Of a stretch of 64,000 bases of DNA, positions 7,496 to 20,247 are shown piece after piece (within the stretch, counting starts at the first letter, position 1; every line of letters begins with the position of its first letter). The position numbers were made by a program, and so were the translations under genes. The stretch is from Verrucomicrobiota bacterium (GTDB lineage: Bacteria > Verrucomicrobiota > Verrucomicrobiia > Limisphaerales > Palsa-1400): assembly GCA_049510745.1 (NCBI GenBank), contig JBEKYR010000007.1:1-64000 (forward strand). Direction: 5' to 3'. Below the pieces are notes generated by a model, which was not told where the DNA came from, searched no databases, and was given only the letters and a program-made list of their open reading frames with translations.

Positions 7496-10063
7496 TCAGT
7501 TCACCTCCCCAAGAGCTTCGGTCATGGCAGCGTCGTCAAACTTCGGAATCGTCCGCAAGATGTGGCTGCCGCGACAGTTTGCAAAATTGGGAGAGACGTA
7601 AAGCCAGAGTGGCAGGGTCGGGCTAAATTCCTTCGGGTAATAATCTCCGAACGCAAACGACACGGGCCGCTTTTCGCCGCGAAAGAATTCCAGCAGCTTG
7701 CGCTCAATCCACGGCGGAAGATTGTAGGCTCGCAGTATAAGCGCATCAATCTGGAGCAGGATATTGCGTGCTCGATCCTGCCAAGAGTTTCCACCCCAAA
7801 GTTCGTATCGAGCCTCGGGTTGCTTTGAGAGTGTTGCCATCAGATCGTCCACATAGCGCTCAAGTGTAGCCATGTCTGCTGGTGAGAGCTTCGGAATGCG
7901 ACACTCGGCCATTGTGACAATTTTTATGTGTTTACTTGTTTCATGGCTTGCAGCGAACGCCGATGCAACAGGTGAATTAAGAACAGCGGTCAAAGATTTC
8001 AGTGACCAACCTTCCTTTGGCCAAACGCATTGAAATGCTTGAGTGCAAACAAAACGGTTTAGATCGTAGGCTGCGGCGATGCGCCAAGACCCTCTCGCCT
8101 TGCGGACCGCGTTTACAACAATTTTGGGTTCGTTCCACGGCAGATCCCAAGCTCCGCCGCGTCTGGTTTTTGGATCGGCGTTTAGATAAACAGGTGACGG
8201 CAGGCAAAATGATTCCAAACCGTCTTTAACATTTTTGAGACCGCGAACCCAATATTCACCGCGCTTTGCCTTGGAAATATATTTTTCCTCAATGAACGGC
8301 GGTTTCCATTCCACGCCGCGATGAATTTCGGCTATGTCCCCTAATTTGGGCAGGTGTTGCAACCGTTCCCAAACTTCTTGAAGCTCTGAAACCCATAGTC
8401 CAGCAGCGGCAGCAATAGAATCAAACTCCCCACGGTCTTGGCGTGTAACAAGCCCAGACGCCATGAAGGAATTCAATTCCCGTTGGCGAACCTCCGCAAA
8501 ATTGACGCTTGTTGGTTGTTCCGTTGATTTCGGGCCGTGAGCCAAAACGAGAACGGTCTCCATTTCTGCGTGAGTGAATACCTTGTCGGGTAGCGCCACC
8601 AGATCAATTTCGCGGTAGCGTCGAGCGAGTTCCTTGCGCACTCCGCAGTAGCTCACGCCAGTCAAGAATTGCTGGGGAAGAACCAGTCCCATCATCACAT
8701 CGCGCCGAGCGTGGCCGAGAATTCGCCGGAGCAATTCCAAAGGTTTTTGTGGAGCGATCCCACTGCCGTATTTCTGACGTTCGGCGGTTTTGAAATCCTC
8801 AAACGGTGGATTGCAGAGCAGCACCCGGGTATTTGAAAGTGCATTAACGAACTTGCTACGTGACGAGAAAATGTCATCCACTTCCAATCGCCATCCATTC
8901 GGATTGGGGAAGTCTGCCAGCATCAAACAGAGCTTGTTGACCTCGCGGGAAAACGGCTCGCGTTCAAAACCGTGGAGCATCCGCACCAGATAATTGTGAC
9001 GTTCGCGATTACTCCAGCCTGTGCCGAGCAAATCTCGGAGACGTTTTAACGCGGCAACAAGAAACACTCCATGACCAGAACAGGGCTCAAAAACAATCCG
9101 TTCACTCTCGGGAATTTCAGCCCAAGGCAAGCGTTCCACGACGTAGCGTGCGATCCGATGTGGAGTGCTGTGTATGCCACCTTCGCGCCTCAATTGTTTA
9201 TCTACGAGTGTGTTTTCGGCGATAGACGCAAGAACATCAACGGAGAGGTTTTGAAAACTAAATCTATTCCAGAGTTGTGCAGCGGCGGCAAGCTGCTCTT
9301 CATAGCCACGGAGATAATTTTGAGGCTCTTTGTAATAATCTGAAACCTTGGCGAGGATTTCATGCGGCTCGCTAGCTCCGTCAATCGTGTCGAAGCCGCC
9401 GACCTTTCGATCATGAAATACTTTCCCAGCGAGCAGTCTGAAAACGAGGCGATAAAGCTCCTCGGATTCCGGCTTTTGTCCAGTGCGTTCCTTGTGGGCG
9501 CGTTGCGCATCATGAAGCGCATTTCTGAGCATACGGTCTAGCTTTCGGCCGATTTCATTTTCCAAGGCCGGAATCAACCCTAAATCCACCCAATCAATTT
9601 CCGTAGGCCCGACGGACTGCCCAATATTTTTGGCACGCAGAACCGCGTCTGGATTCCACCTCGTCTTAATTGCGTCGAAGAAACGACGCATGGCATCGGC
9701 AGGAATTCGTCCCGCGGCTGATGGGTGCGTTGTTGTTTCGTCCACCCCAACAGACCATGGGACCACACCATCCTCGCGAATCTCGATGGCAAACGGGGCA
9801 CCCAGCGCCCGAAGCCCAATTAATGAGCTTCTAGGATAGGGGCTGGAAAGAAATGCTGCTATGCAAGCGGAGTCGTAACCGAGCGGCTTTCGGCCAAACC
9901 CTGCGGCGGCAACTTGGCGTGCTGGTGCGTCTGGTGAGAACCAATCGTTGAAGTCGTAAGCTTGTTGAAGCAGTTCACCGGAATATCCGAGGCGCCCCAA
10001 TTCTGTCAGAACGCCATCGAACACACGCCGCTGCCGGTCACTGGTAAATGTATGCAAATTCAA
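7496..10063 (-). CDS. N6-adenine DNA methyltransferase, type IIG-like architecture (N-terminal domain, MTase, target recognition region)
   Basis: GIHSTPHRIA, motif I FEPCSGHGVFL, motif IV NPPF, C-terminal KLGDIAEIHRGV and LTAVLNSP. Confidence 0.85.
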   Translation of the reverse strand: MNLHTFTSDRQRRVFDGVLTELGRLGYSGELLQQAYDFNDWFSPDAPARQVAAAGFGRKPLGYDSACIAAFLSSPYPRSSLIGLRALGAPFAIEIREDGVVPWSVGVDETTTHPSAAGRIPADAMRRFFDAIKTRWNPDAVLRAKNIGQSVGPTEIDWVDLGLIPALENEIGRKLDRMLRNALHDAQRAHKERTGQKPESEELYRLVFRLLAGKVFHDRKVGGFDTIDGASEPHEILAKVSDYYKEPQNYLRGYEEQLAAAAQLWNRFSFQNLSVDVLASIAENTLVDKQLRREGGIHSTPHRIARYVVERLPWAEIPESERIVFEPCSGHGVFLVAALKRLRDLLGTGWSNRERHNYLVRMLHGFEREPFSREVNKLCLMLADFPNPNGWRLEVDDIFSSRSKFVNALSNTRVLLCNPPFEDFKTAERQKYGSGIAPQKPLELLRRILGHARRDVMMGLVLPQQFLTGVSYCGVRKELARRYREIDLVALPDKVFTHAEMETVLVLAHGPKSTEQPTSVNFAEVRQRELNSFMASGLVTRQDRGEFDSIAAAAGLWVSELQEVWERLQHLPKLGDIAEIHRGVEWKPPFIEEKYISKAKRGEYWVRGLKNVKDGLESFCLPSPVYLNADPKTRRGGAWDLPWNEPKIVVNAVRKARGSWRIAAAYDLNRFVCTQAFQCVWPKEGWSLKSLTAVLNSPVASAFAASHETSKHIKIVTMAECRIPKLSPADMATLERYVDDLMATLSKQPEARYELWGGNSWQDRARNILLQIDALILRAYNLPPWIERKLLEFFRGEKRPVSFAFGDYYPKEFSPTLPLWLYVSPNFANCRGSHILRTIPKFDDAAMTEALGEVN

Positions 10064-10263
10064 GACGACATTGTTTTACGGCAACTGCGACACCAACGCA
10101 ATCACCGTCACGAGGGCAAATCGCATCTTTCCGCGATTCGGCGGCTCGCGCGCGCCTCCCCAACAGCCAAATTCCCTGCGCCATAATTGAGGCCGCCAGC
10201 CGCGCCTTGACGGGGCGGGGCGGGCGGGCGATTTTTAGGGCGATTGGCCAGTGGCCTTCAGCA

Positions 10264-13200
10264 ATGACGGCCGGGGATGCTTTTTCGGCCGTGATGAGGA
10301 CTCCCGCCGCGCAAGCCCTGCGCCGGCGCGTGGAGGCGGGAGAGGTGTTGTCGTTCGACGGGGTCAGCGCCGGGGCGCAACCGTTTTTCGCGATGTTGTT
10401 GTCGCGGCTTTTTCCAAATCGGCAGATTGTGGCGGTGACGGAGGGGTTGCGGTCGCAGGAGATTTTTCAGCAGGATGCGGAAACCTGGGCGGCGGCGGGC
10501 GGCAGCGAGACGGAGGCGTCCACCGCGCCACTTTTTTTTCCGGCGTGGGAAGTTTTGCCGCATGAAGCGCGATTGCCCCATGCGGATGTCGTGAGCGAAA
10601 GGCTGGCGGCGCTGGTCGCGCTGGCGGAGCCGGGGCCAGACGGGGCGCGGCCCATGATTGTTTCGAGCGTGACAGCGCTGCTGCAAAAGACGATGCGGCG
10701 CGAGGACCTCAAAGGGCGGCTGCGGCAGTTGCGGCGCGGAGAGAGTTGGGACCCGTTCAGCCTGATCGAATGGCTGGAGGAACAATCCTACGAGGCGGAA
10801 GTCCAGGTGACGGAGAAGGGGCACGTGTCGATGCGGGGCGGGATCGTGGATTTCTGGCCGCTGACCAGCCCGTGGCCGGTGCGGCTGGAGTTTTTCGGCG
10901 ACCAACTGGATTCGCTGCGGTACTTCGATCCGATCACGCAAGTGTCGCGGGAGGAGATCGCGGCGATCACCATTCCGCCCGGCGGCGAACTGGGGTTGCT
11001 GAAGAAGGAGAAGCCCGGCGCGACGGCCAGTTTGCTGGAATATCTTCCCGACGGCGCGATTTTTCTTTTGTGCGAGCCGGAGATGCTGGCGGCGCAGGCG
11101 GAGCGTTACCAGGCTCAGGTCCCGGCGGAGGATCCGTTCCTGATCACCTGGAAAGAGTTCCAGGAAGGGATGGCGCGACGCGGGATGGCGTCCGTCGCGG
11201 TCAGTCAACTCGAAAATTTGTCCGTCGAGGACGTGGTGGTGGAGGGAAGGCGGCTGGAGAACCCGGAGGCGCTGAAGTTCCAGAGCCTGGAGATTTTCCG
11301 GCCCATCGGCGGGCAGCGGCCCGAGCCGGCCATAGCGTCGGCGCAGCGCCGGGAGTTTTTCCAGCAGTTGCATCGCTGGGCGCGGCAGGACTACGCGGTG
11401 CATCTTTTCTGCAACAACGACGGCGAGCGGCAGCGATTCGAGGAGATTTGGTGGGAATACGGGCTGGGCCATCCGGGCGCGCTGCGGCTTCGGCTGGGGG
11501 CGCTCTCGCGCGGCTTTCTCTTTGAGCCGGCCAAGCTGGCGGTGGTGACGGACGCGGAAATTTTCGGGCGCTACAAGGTGCAACGTCCGCGCCGGCTCAA
11601 GTCGCCGCACGCCCCCTCCAGCCGGTCGTTGCTGGACATCAATTTCTCCGAATTGGAAGAGGGCGATTACGTGGTGCATCTGCAACACGGCATCGGGCGC
11701 TACCTGGGATTGCAGGCCATGCCGGCGGCGCAAGGGCGCCACCTTCCCAGCGAGCGGGCGCAAGTGGCGTCCACCGGCGAGGAATGCCTGGTGATCGAAT
11801 ACGCCGCGGCCGATGGCGGCGAGACGCCGCCAAAACTTTACGTGCCGATCAGCGAGGCGCATCTGGTCAGCAAATACGTGGGCGCGGGCAAGGCCCGTCC
11901 GCCGCTCAACACGCTGGGGGGCGGGCGCTGGGCCAGGACCAAGGCGCAGGCCGAAGCGGCCGTGCGCGACATCGCCGCGGACATGCTCTCCATCCAAGCC
12001 GTGCGCGCCACGCAGGAAGGCTTTCCGTTCCCGTCCGATGTGGGCTGGCAGCAGGAATTCGAGAACAGTTTTCTTTACGAGGAAACGCCCGACCAGGCGC
12101 GGGCGATCGCGGCCACGAAAACGGACATGGAAACGGCCAAACCGATGGACCGGCTGATTTGCGGGGACGTGGGCTACGGCAAAACAGAGGTGGCCCTGCG
12201 GGCCGCGTTCAAAGCGGCGCTGTCCGGCAAACAAGTGGCCGTGCTTGTTCCGACGACCGTGCTGGCGCAGCAGCATTTCAACACGTTCGGCGAACGCATG
12301 GCCGAGTACCCGGTGCGGATCGAGTTGCTCTCGCGCTTTCGCAGCCGCCGCGAGCAGGCCCGCGTGGTCAAGGACCTGGCCGCCGGCTCGGTCGATATCG
12401 TCATCGGCACCCATCGGCTGCTGCAAAGCGACATCGTCTTCAAGGATTTGGGGCTGGTGGTGATTGACGAAGAGCAGCGGTTCGGAGTGTTGCACAAGGA
12501 GCGATTCAAACGACTGCGCACGCTGGTGGATGTGCTGACGCTGACGGCCACGCCCATTCCGCGCACGCTTTACCTGGCGCTGGCCGGGGCGCGCGACATG
12601 AGCACGATTGAAACGCCGCCGCAGGACCGGCTGCCGGTCGAAACCATCGTCACCCAATACGACGAACGGCTCATCCGCGAGGCGATCCAGCGCGAGCTGA
12701 ACCGGGGCGGGCAGGTGTTCTTTCTGCACAATCGGGTGTTTGACATCGAAGCGGTGGCGCAGCGATTGAGGGCGCTGGTGCCGGAGGCGCGCCTGGCGGT
12801 CGGGCACGGGCAAATGCACAGCGACCAGTTGGAGGAAGTGATGACGACGTTTGTGAATGGCGGGAGCGACGTGCTGCTCTCGACGACCATCATCGAAAGC
12901 GGGCTGGATATACCCAACGCCAACACGATCATCATCGACCGGGCGGACCGATTTGGGTTGAGCGATTTGTATCAGTTGCGCGGGCGGGTGGGCCGGTACA
13001 AGCACCAGGCCTACGCCTATTTGCTCTTGCCGCGGCACGCCGGGCTGCTGGTCGATGCGCGCAAACGGCTCAGCGCGATCAAGCAGTATTCGAGCCTGGG
13101 CAGCGGCTTCAAAATCGCCATGCGCGACCTGGAGATTCGCGGGGCGGGCAACCTGCTGGGCGCCGAGCAAAGCGGGCACATCACCGCGGTGGGCTTCGAG

Positions 13201-13701
13201 CTTTATTGCCAATTGCTCAAGGAAAGTGTCAGCAGCCTCAAAGGCGAGAAGACCCGGCCCCGCGCGGAAGTGCAGTTGCGGCTGGATTTCCTGGTCATGA
13301 CGGCGGACGAGGCCGCGCCGGCCGGGGCCAAGCCGGGAGGGGCGCGGCGCAAGGCGGTGGCGGGCCTGCCGGCCAGCTACATTGCGGAGCCGCAACAGCG
13401 CATCGAGATATACCGGAAACTGGCCCAAGCGAGCGACGCGGGAGCGTTGGGCGAATTGAAAGCCGAGTTGCGCGACCGGTTCGGCCCGCCGCCGGCGGCG
13501 GTGGAGCTGGCGTTGCAGGCGGCTGATTTGAAACTGGCCGCGGCCGAGTGCGGCCTGACGAAAATCGAAACGCAGGAGGGGAAGTTAATGCTGACGCGGG
13601 GAACCGATTACGTGATGGCGGGGGGGAAGTTCCCGCGGCTGAAAAAAACCGCGGCGGCGGCGCGGCTGAACGAGATCAAGAAACTGGTGCTGGCGTTGTG
13701 A
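10264..13701 (+). CDS. mfd: Transcription-repair coupling factor
   Basis: UvrB-homology region, CarD-like [43 protein letters not shown]-terminus. Start chosen at ATG 10264. Confidence 0.97.
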   Translation: MTAGDAFSAVMRTPAAQALRRRVEAGEVLSFDGVSAGAQPFFAMLLSRLFPNRQIVAVTEGLRSQEIFQQDAETWAAAGGSETEASTAPLFFPAWEVLPHEARLPHADVVSERLAALVALAEPGPDGARPMIVSSVTALLQKTMRREDLKGRLRQLRRGESWDPFSLIEWLEEQSYEAEVQVTEKGHVSMRGGIVDFWPLTSPWPVRLEFFGDQLDSLRYFDPITQVSREEIAAITIPPGGELGLLKKEKPGATASLLEYLPDGAIFLLCEPEMLAAQAERYQAQVPAEDPFLITWKEFQEGMARRGMASVAVSQLENLSVEDVVVEGRRLENPEALKFQSLEIFRPIGGQRPEPAIASAQRREFFQQLHRWARQDYAVHLFCNNDGERQRFEEIWWEYGLGHPGALRLRLGALSRGFLFEPAKLAVVTDAEIFGRYKVQRPRRLKSPHAPSSRSLLDINFSELEEGDYVVHLQHGIGRYLGLQAMPAAQGRHLPSERAQVASTGEECLVIEYAAADGGETPPKLYVPISEAHLVSKYVGAGKARPPLNTLGGGRWARTKAQAEAAVRDIAADMLSIQAVRATQEGFPFPSDVGWQQEFENSFLYEETPDQARAIAATKTDMETAKPMDRLICGDVGYGKTEVALRAAFKAALSGKQVAVLVPTTVLAQQHFNTFGERMAEYPVRIELLSRFRSRREQARVVKDLAAGSVDIVIGTHRLLQSDIVFKDLGLVVIDEEQRFGVLHKERFKRLRTLVDVLTLTATPIPRTLYLALAGARDMSTIETPPQDRLPVETIVTQYDERLIREAIQRELNRGGQVFFLHNRVFDIEAVAQRLRALVPEARLAVGHGQMHSDQLEEVMTTFVNGGSDVLLSTTIIESGLDIPNANTIIIDRADRFGLSDLYQLRGRVGRYKHQAYAYLLLPRHAGLLVDARKRLSAIKQYSSLGSGFKIAMRDLEIRGAGNLLGAEQSGHITAVGFELYCQLLKESVSSLKGEKTRPRAEVQLRLDFLVMTADEAAPAGAKPGGARRKAVAGLPASYIAEPQQRIEIYRKLAQASDAGALGELKAELRDRFGPPPAAVELALQAADLKLAAAECGLTKIETQEGKLMLTRGTDYVMAGGKFPRLKKTAAAARLNEIKKLVLAL

Positions 13702-13710
13702 AACGGCCCC

Positions 13711-13726
13711 TGCATTCCCTGTGCCA
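13711..13726 (-). promoter_or_regulatory. Sigma54-type motif oriented antisense into the mfd 3' end
   Basis: Minus strand reads TGGCACAGGGAATGCA (GG-N10-GC). Confidence 0.45.
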
Positions 13727-13776
13727 AGTGGCGGGGGAAAGAGTTAAATTAACTCACAAAAAAAAGGGGTTGCTCC

Positions 13777-13806
13777 TTGACGCAGAGGGAGCGCGCCAAC
13801 CATATT
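13777..13806 (+). promoter_or_regulatory. Possible sigma70 promoter of rpoD
   Basis: TTGACG-N18-CATATT upstream of the probable start. Confidence 0.4.
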
Positions 13807-13829
13807 GTCGGCCATTTTTGGATTTTGTC

Positions 13830-15674
<1,845 letters not shown>

Positions 15675-15738
15675 AAAGGGGCGGAGGCCGGAAATCAGGG
15701 GTGATCCATCCCAGCGCGGCAGCCGCAACCCAATTTTC

Positions 15739-15817
15739 AACCACGGATGGACACGGATTAACACGAATAAATCCATCCAGACGGGCCTATTCAAAACTTC
15801 GTGTTCGCGTTCGTGGT
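15739..15817. repeat. Miniature element of 10-nt periodic repeats with an inverted arm
   Basis: AA-CCACGGATGG-ACACGGATTA-ACACGAATAA ... TTCGTG-TTCGCG-TTCGTGGT. Confidence 0.6.
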
Positions 15818-15897
15818 GAGAAAGTTTTCCCGGAAATGAGCGATTTTGGGATATTGCGCTGCAAAGGGGTTGAATGCCTTCGGCGACGCCGAAAGCG

Positions 15898-15922
15898 GCG
15901 GACGAGGACGTCCGCGCTCCCC
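15898..15922 (-). repeat. REP-like hairpin
   Basis: GCGGACGAGGACGTCCGC-GCTCCC; the reverse complement begins GGGAGC like the 6303 element. Confidence 0.6.
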
Positions 15923-15997
15923 AATCCGTCTGCATGGTTAGGGCTTTAAGCCGGTTTCCGTTGACAAGCCGGGCGGGCGGACACCACGTTGGCGGGC

Positions 15998-17644
15998 ATG
16001 GAAACGAGGAACGACTGCGGTGGTTGGACGGGAAGAAAGAGGCTGCGCGTGTGGCTGGGGATCGGGGGGCTGGTTTTGCTCTTCGCCGCCTTGCGCTGGA
16101 ATAATTTCAACGCGCCGTTCATCCGCGACGAGGGAGAATACGCTTACTCGGCGCGGTTGCTGCAAGCGGGCTTGTTTCCCTACGAACACGCCTTCCTGCA
16201 AAAGCCGCCCATGGTGGTTTACAGCTACCTGTTTTCTTATTGTATTTTGCCCGATGTCTTTTGGGCGCCGCGCTTGCTGGCGGCCTTGTTCGCCGCCACA
16301 GCCACGGCGTTGCTGGGTTGGATGGCCCGGCTGGAGTTCGGAGAAGGCCCGGCGCGGGCGGCCCTCTGGCTGATGACCCCGATGGTCTTGTTGCCGAGCC
16401 TGGACCAATGCATCGCCAACACGGAGATGTTCATGCTCCTGCCGCTGCTGGCGACCGTGGCGGTTTACATCCACAGCCGCCATTATGGCGGGAGCGCGCG
16501 GCATTGGTTCGCGGCGGGATTTCTGGGCGGAGTGACTCTGGGTTACAAATACACCGCTCTGCCGGTCCTGCTGGTCGTCTTCGCGGCGTGGTCGCTGGAG
16601 CGCTGGCGCGCGGCGGGAAGGGAGAAAACGGTTTCGCTGTTGCGCTGCTGGGCTTGGGCGGGACTGGGAGGCCTGGGCGCCGCCGCGCTGGTGCTGGGGT
16701 GCTTTGTCATCCACGACGGCGGACGCGCGCTTTGGGAATGCACGGTGGCATTCAATCGTTCGTACGTTGGCACGCGGCTTTTTGGCTGGGGGGGATGGAG
16801 GTTTACGCTGGCCATCTTTTGGTCCAGGTGGTGGCTGTTGTTCCTGCTGCCCGTGGGCGCGCTGTTGCGGCCAAAGCCGCGCGTCTGGTTCTGGCTGGCC
16901 ATGCTGGCGGGCGGGGCCGCCGCCACCGGCGCCAGCGTGTATTGGCAGTACTATATCACCGTGACGCCCTTCTGGGCCTTGTTGGCCGCCGTTGGGGCCG
17001 GGGGTTGGGCCGAATGCCTGGCCCGATGGTTCCACTGTCCCTCTCCGCTCATCCGCCGCACCCTGATCGGGGGCGCATTGGCCGTTCTTTTGTTGTCCGA
17101 CGCAAGCTGGATGTTGCGGTCGCCGAGAAGTTTCAGGGAGGCAAGGTTCGCCGACAGTCCTTTTGTGGAGGCTCGCGCCGTCGCCGGGCGCCTGGCGGAG
17201 TTAAGTTCGCCGGACGAGGCGGTCTTCATTGCCGGCTCGGAGCCGGAAATTCTTTTCTACGCCGGGCGCTATAGTCCCAACCGTTTCGTCATTGCCTACC
17301 CTTTCACCGTCGTCGGCCCCGCTTTGGCGCGGCGCTATCAAGGGGAGGCCATCCACGCCTTGCAGGACCACCCGCCGCCCTGGATCGTGTACGCCAGCCC
17401 GCCGGAGAGTTGGACCCGGATGCCGGAAGCGCCTCTGGACATCTTTGATTACCTGGACCGGATTCTGACCCGCGACTACGATTGCGTGGGTGGATGGTTG
17501 CCGTTGGGTCCGCAAGGCCATTGGACGGAGCCGTTGCCCGGCGGCGAGTTTTCGCGGTGCAGTTTGGTCCTCTTCAAGCGCAAGGGCGCGCCCGCAGCCG
17601 CCAGAGGCCAGTCCGAAGGATTGACAACCCCTTCTCAGAATTGA
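15998..17644 (+). CDS. GT-C fold glycosyltransferase (ArnT/PMT_2-like)
   Basis: IRDEGEY loop after TM1, QKPP motif, many TM helices. Confidence 0.8.
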   Translation: METRNDCGGWTGRKRLRVWLGIGGLVLLFAALRWNNFNAPFIRDEGEYAYSARLLQAGLFPYEHAFLQKPPMVVYSYLFSYCILPDVFWAPRLLAALFAATATALLGWMARLEFGEGPARAALWLMTPMVLLPSLDQCIANTEMFMLLPLLATVAVYIHSRHYGGSARHWFAAGFLGGVTLGYKYTALPVLLVVFAAWSLERWRAAGREKTVSLLRCWAWAGLGGLGAAALVLGCFVIHDGGRALWECTVAFNRSYVGTRLFGWGGWRFTLAIFWSRWWLLFLLPVGALLRPKPRVWFWLAMLAGGAAATGASVYWQYYITVTPFWALLAAVGAGGWAECLARWFHCPSPLIRRTLIGGALAVLLLSDASWMLRSPRSFREARFADSPFVEARAVAGRLAELSSPDEAVFIAGSEPEILFYAGRYSPNRFVIAYPFTVVGPALARRYQGEAIHALQDHPPPWIVYASPPESWTRMPEAPLDIFDYLDRILTRDYDCVGGWLPLGPQGHWTEPLPGGEFSRCSLVLFKRKGAPAAARGQSEGLTTPSQN

Positions 17645-17734
17645 TTTGAACCGGCCCGGGAAAGTGGTAGTTTGGTGAAGAATCCTTGATCGGAACAGTC
17701 TATGGCGTCCCGGAATTGCGCTACGGAGAAGAGC

Positions 17735-18700
17735 ATGAAGACATTTCTTGAAAACTCGGGCGACACGAACCACTTCGCATTCCGGCCGATGGGCCGCGCG
17801 ACGTCCAAGGCGGGCCGCGCCGACGGGTTCACGCTCATTGAGTTGCTGGTCGTCATCGCCATCATTGCCATTCTGGCGGCCCTGTTGTTGCCGGCGCTGG
17901 CCCGGGCCAAGCAGCAAGCTCAAGGCACTCAGTGCAGTTCCAACCTCAGGCAGCTTGGAATTGCATGGACGGCATATAATGGGGACATGAGGGGGATCTT
18001 TGCCTTTAATGAAGAAGGCATACAGAGTCCGCCGGCGTGGGTTTACGGATGGCAGGGATACAGCGGCAGCAGCGCGTCCCCCACTCCAGCGGACATCAAC
18101 ACGAATCCCATGTACCTTTTGAATTCACAGTATTCCCAGCTTGCCCCGTACTACAGAGCCACTTCGGTCCTGAAGTGTCCTGCCGACCAAAGTTGCGACA
18201 GGGCGGGGCGCATCGGCCCGCCTCGCTTGCGCAGTTGTTCCATGAATCAGGCGGTTGGCGGGAATCACTCCGGCACGGCAGACGGCCAAGGTTATTGGCT
18301 GCCGTATCCAACGTATCGGGTCTATCTCAAGGAATCGGACCTGGGCCATCCCTCCCCGTCCAGACTCTGGCTGCTGGTGGATGAGAATGCCGACGGCATT
18401 AATGACGGCGGCTTTGCGGTGCAAATGCCGCCCAGTCCCTTCGAAGCCGAGTGGATTGACATCCCCTCCAAGAGGCATGGCAACGCCAGTGGGTTCAACT
18501 TCGCTGATGGCCATGCGGAGATACACCATTGGCTGATGCCACAGAAAATCCCAAATGAGTTGGACGGGCCTGCGTCGCAGAATCCGCAATGGAACGAACA
18601 GCAGCCCTTGGGCAAGGATAATGACGTTTTTTGGCTGGCTTGGCGCACCTCGTATCCCTCCGCCAACACTCCCATGACTTTTCCAAATCCCAGCCCTTGA
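17735..18700 (+). CDS. Prepilin-type N-terminal cleavage/methylation protein with H-X9-DG motif (start uncertain)
   Basis: [51 protein letters not shown]. Confidence 0.9.
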   Translation: MKTFLENSGDTNHFAFRPMGRATSKAGRADGFTLIELLVVIAIIAILAALLLPALARAKQQAQGTQCSSNLRQLGIAWTAYNGDMRGIFAFNEEGIQSPPAWVYGWQGYSGSSASPTPADINTNPMYLLNSQYSQLAPYYRATSVLKCPADQSCDRAGRIGPPRLRSCSMNQAVGGNHSGTADGQGYWLPYPTYRVYLKESDLGHPSPSRLWLLVDENADGINDGGFAVQMPPSPFEAEWIDIPSKRHGNASGFNFADGHAEIHHWLMPQKIPNELDGPASQNPQWNEQQPLGKDNDVFWLAWRTSYPSANTPMTFPNPSP

Positions 18701-18828
18701 GGCCCGTAATTGTTCCCTGGCAGCCCGGCGCGGATGAAGGCGATGGTGCCGCCACCCGGAATCGAATCGAAACCTTCGCCGCCATTGGCCGGAGCGTTTC
18801 CGCAAGGACTTGCGCGGCCGGAAAGTTC

Positions 18829-20247
18829 CTACTGCAATTTGTAGGGCATCTGGGAAATGACGGCGTAGAGAGTCGAAAGCGTTTGAGCGGTCGGCTGGTT
18901 GTGGCCGGCCGGTCCGAAGCGCAACGCCGCCCCCGGAGCGAAGGCGCGCAAGACCAGGCAATAGTTGTTGTTGGCCATCACGCCCAGAAGCTGGCCCGTT
19001 TTGCTCAAGACCAGATCGCCGCTGGACGGATTGAATTTTCCGAAAAGGCCCCGCAGCGAACTCCGGTCCATCTTGACATATTCCGGGGTGTCCAGGTCGA
19101 TTTGGAATCGGCACTCGCCGTAATAATTCTCCCGGGTGCCGGCCACGACGGCGTCCTGAAACTTGAACGGGTCCTGGGACAAGCGGTAAATCCGGCAGCC
19201 CAAGGCGCGGGCTTCCGACGCCGGGACCGGAATCAAGACCACGCGCGGGTCCAGGGCGCAAAAGGAAACGGAGTCAATGGAAAAGACCGCTGCGCCGCGA
19301 GCCAGGGTGCCGCTCAGTTCCTCCCATTGGGTGCCGGGACTCCACAGGGTCAGCGGCGTGTCTTGGACGTGGCAGAGGGCGAACGCGTTGGTGCCGTCGG
19401 TCGCCAGGACAATCCGGGTCTGTTTGTACTTGGAGGAATCGGTTCCGAACACGCCCGGTTTCAAACCGTAGAAGCTGGCCAGGAGGCGGTTGGTGGTCAA
19501 TTGGTCAAAAACCTCGTTGGGCGCCAGCGGGCGGTTGTCGCGGATTTCCTGGGCCAGCTCGGAGGATTTGGCCGCCAGGGCCTTGACACCGTCGGCCAGC
19601 CTGGCGTTGGCCTCGCGCTGGGCCTGGACTTCGCCCTGGAGTTGGGACATTTGATCGAGGGCGGAGCGGCGGGCGGCCTCGCTGATTTGCAGTTGACCGG
19701 ACAGGGCCGCGCGGTCGGCCTGCATCAACTGGTTGCTTTGTTGCAGCGCCGCCAACTGGCGTTCCAAGGCGCCGGCTTTCTCCAACTGTTTGCGCGATTC
19801 GGCCTCCAGGGCCGCGCGCAGCTCCCTGGAGATGACCGATTCCTCCGTCGTGGCCCGCAGTTGCTGGTTCAAAGCGGCGATGTTGCCTTGGGCGGCGGCG
19901 ACCTGGCGGAGCAAATTGGTTTCCTGCTCCTGCAAACGGGCCGCCTGTTGTTCGGTGGATTGCAATTGCGACTGGAAATTCTGGATTTGCTGGTCCCGCT
20001 GGCTGACGGACAGGCGGGTTTTGGCCAGTTCGCCCAGGAGCGCGTCGCGGTTTTTCCGTTCCTCATCCAGCGCCAGCCGCATGACGTCGCCCAGGTCCTG
20101 GCGGCCGGTGACTTGGTTGGTCGCCAGGTCCGTCTTGAGCGCGCGGGGGGCGCCGGCCTGCGACACCTTGTTGATGTCCACCGTGGAGAAAGCCAGGAGG
20201 CTGACCAGGAGGAAATCGCAAATGACAATGAGGATGCTGCGGTTCAT
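18829..20247 (-). CDS. Membrane-anchored coiled-coil protein; ExbD/MotB-like TM with Asp and a possible trypsin-like C-terminal domain
   Basis: N-terminal ILIVICDFLLVSLLAF, about 200-aa Q/E/A-rich coiled coil, C-terminal LCHV and PSSGDLVLSKTGQLLGV. Confidence 0.7.
   Translation of the reverse strand: MNRSILIVICDFLLVSLLAFSTVDINKVSQAGAPRALKTDLATNQVTGRQDLGDVMRLALDEERKNRDALLGELAKTRLSVSQRDQQIQNFQSQLQSTEQQAARLQEQETNLLRQVAAAQGNIAALNQQLRATTEESVISRELRAALEAESRKQLEKAGALERQLAALQQSNQLMQADRAALSGQLQISEAARRSALDQMSQLQGEVQAQREANARLADGVKALAAKSSELAQEIRDNRPLAPNEVFDQLTTNRLLASFYGLKPGVFGTDSSKYKQTRIVLATDGTNAFALCHVQDTPLTLWSPGTQWEELSGTLARGAAVFSIDSVSFCALDPRVVLIPVPASEARALGCRIYRLSQDPFKFQDAVVAGTRENYYGECRFQIDLDTPEYVKMDRSSLRGLFGKFNPSSGDLVLSKTGQLLGVMANNNYCLVLRAFAPGAALRFGPAGHNQPTAQTLSTLYAVISQMPYKLQ

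Noticed and set aside
10258..13428. Very long antisense ORFs opposite mfd (also opposite prsK, rpoD, thiC, bioA, pgk and others)
   Set aside because: Expected in GC-rich coding DNA; no motifs and low-complexity R/G/A composition.
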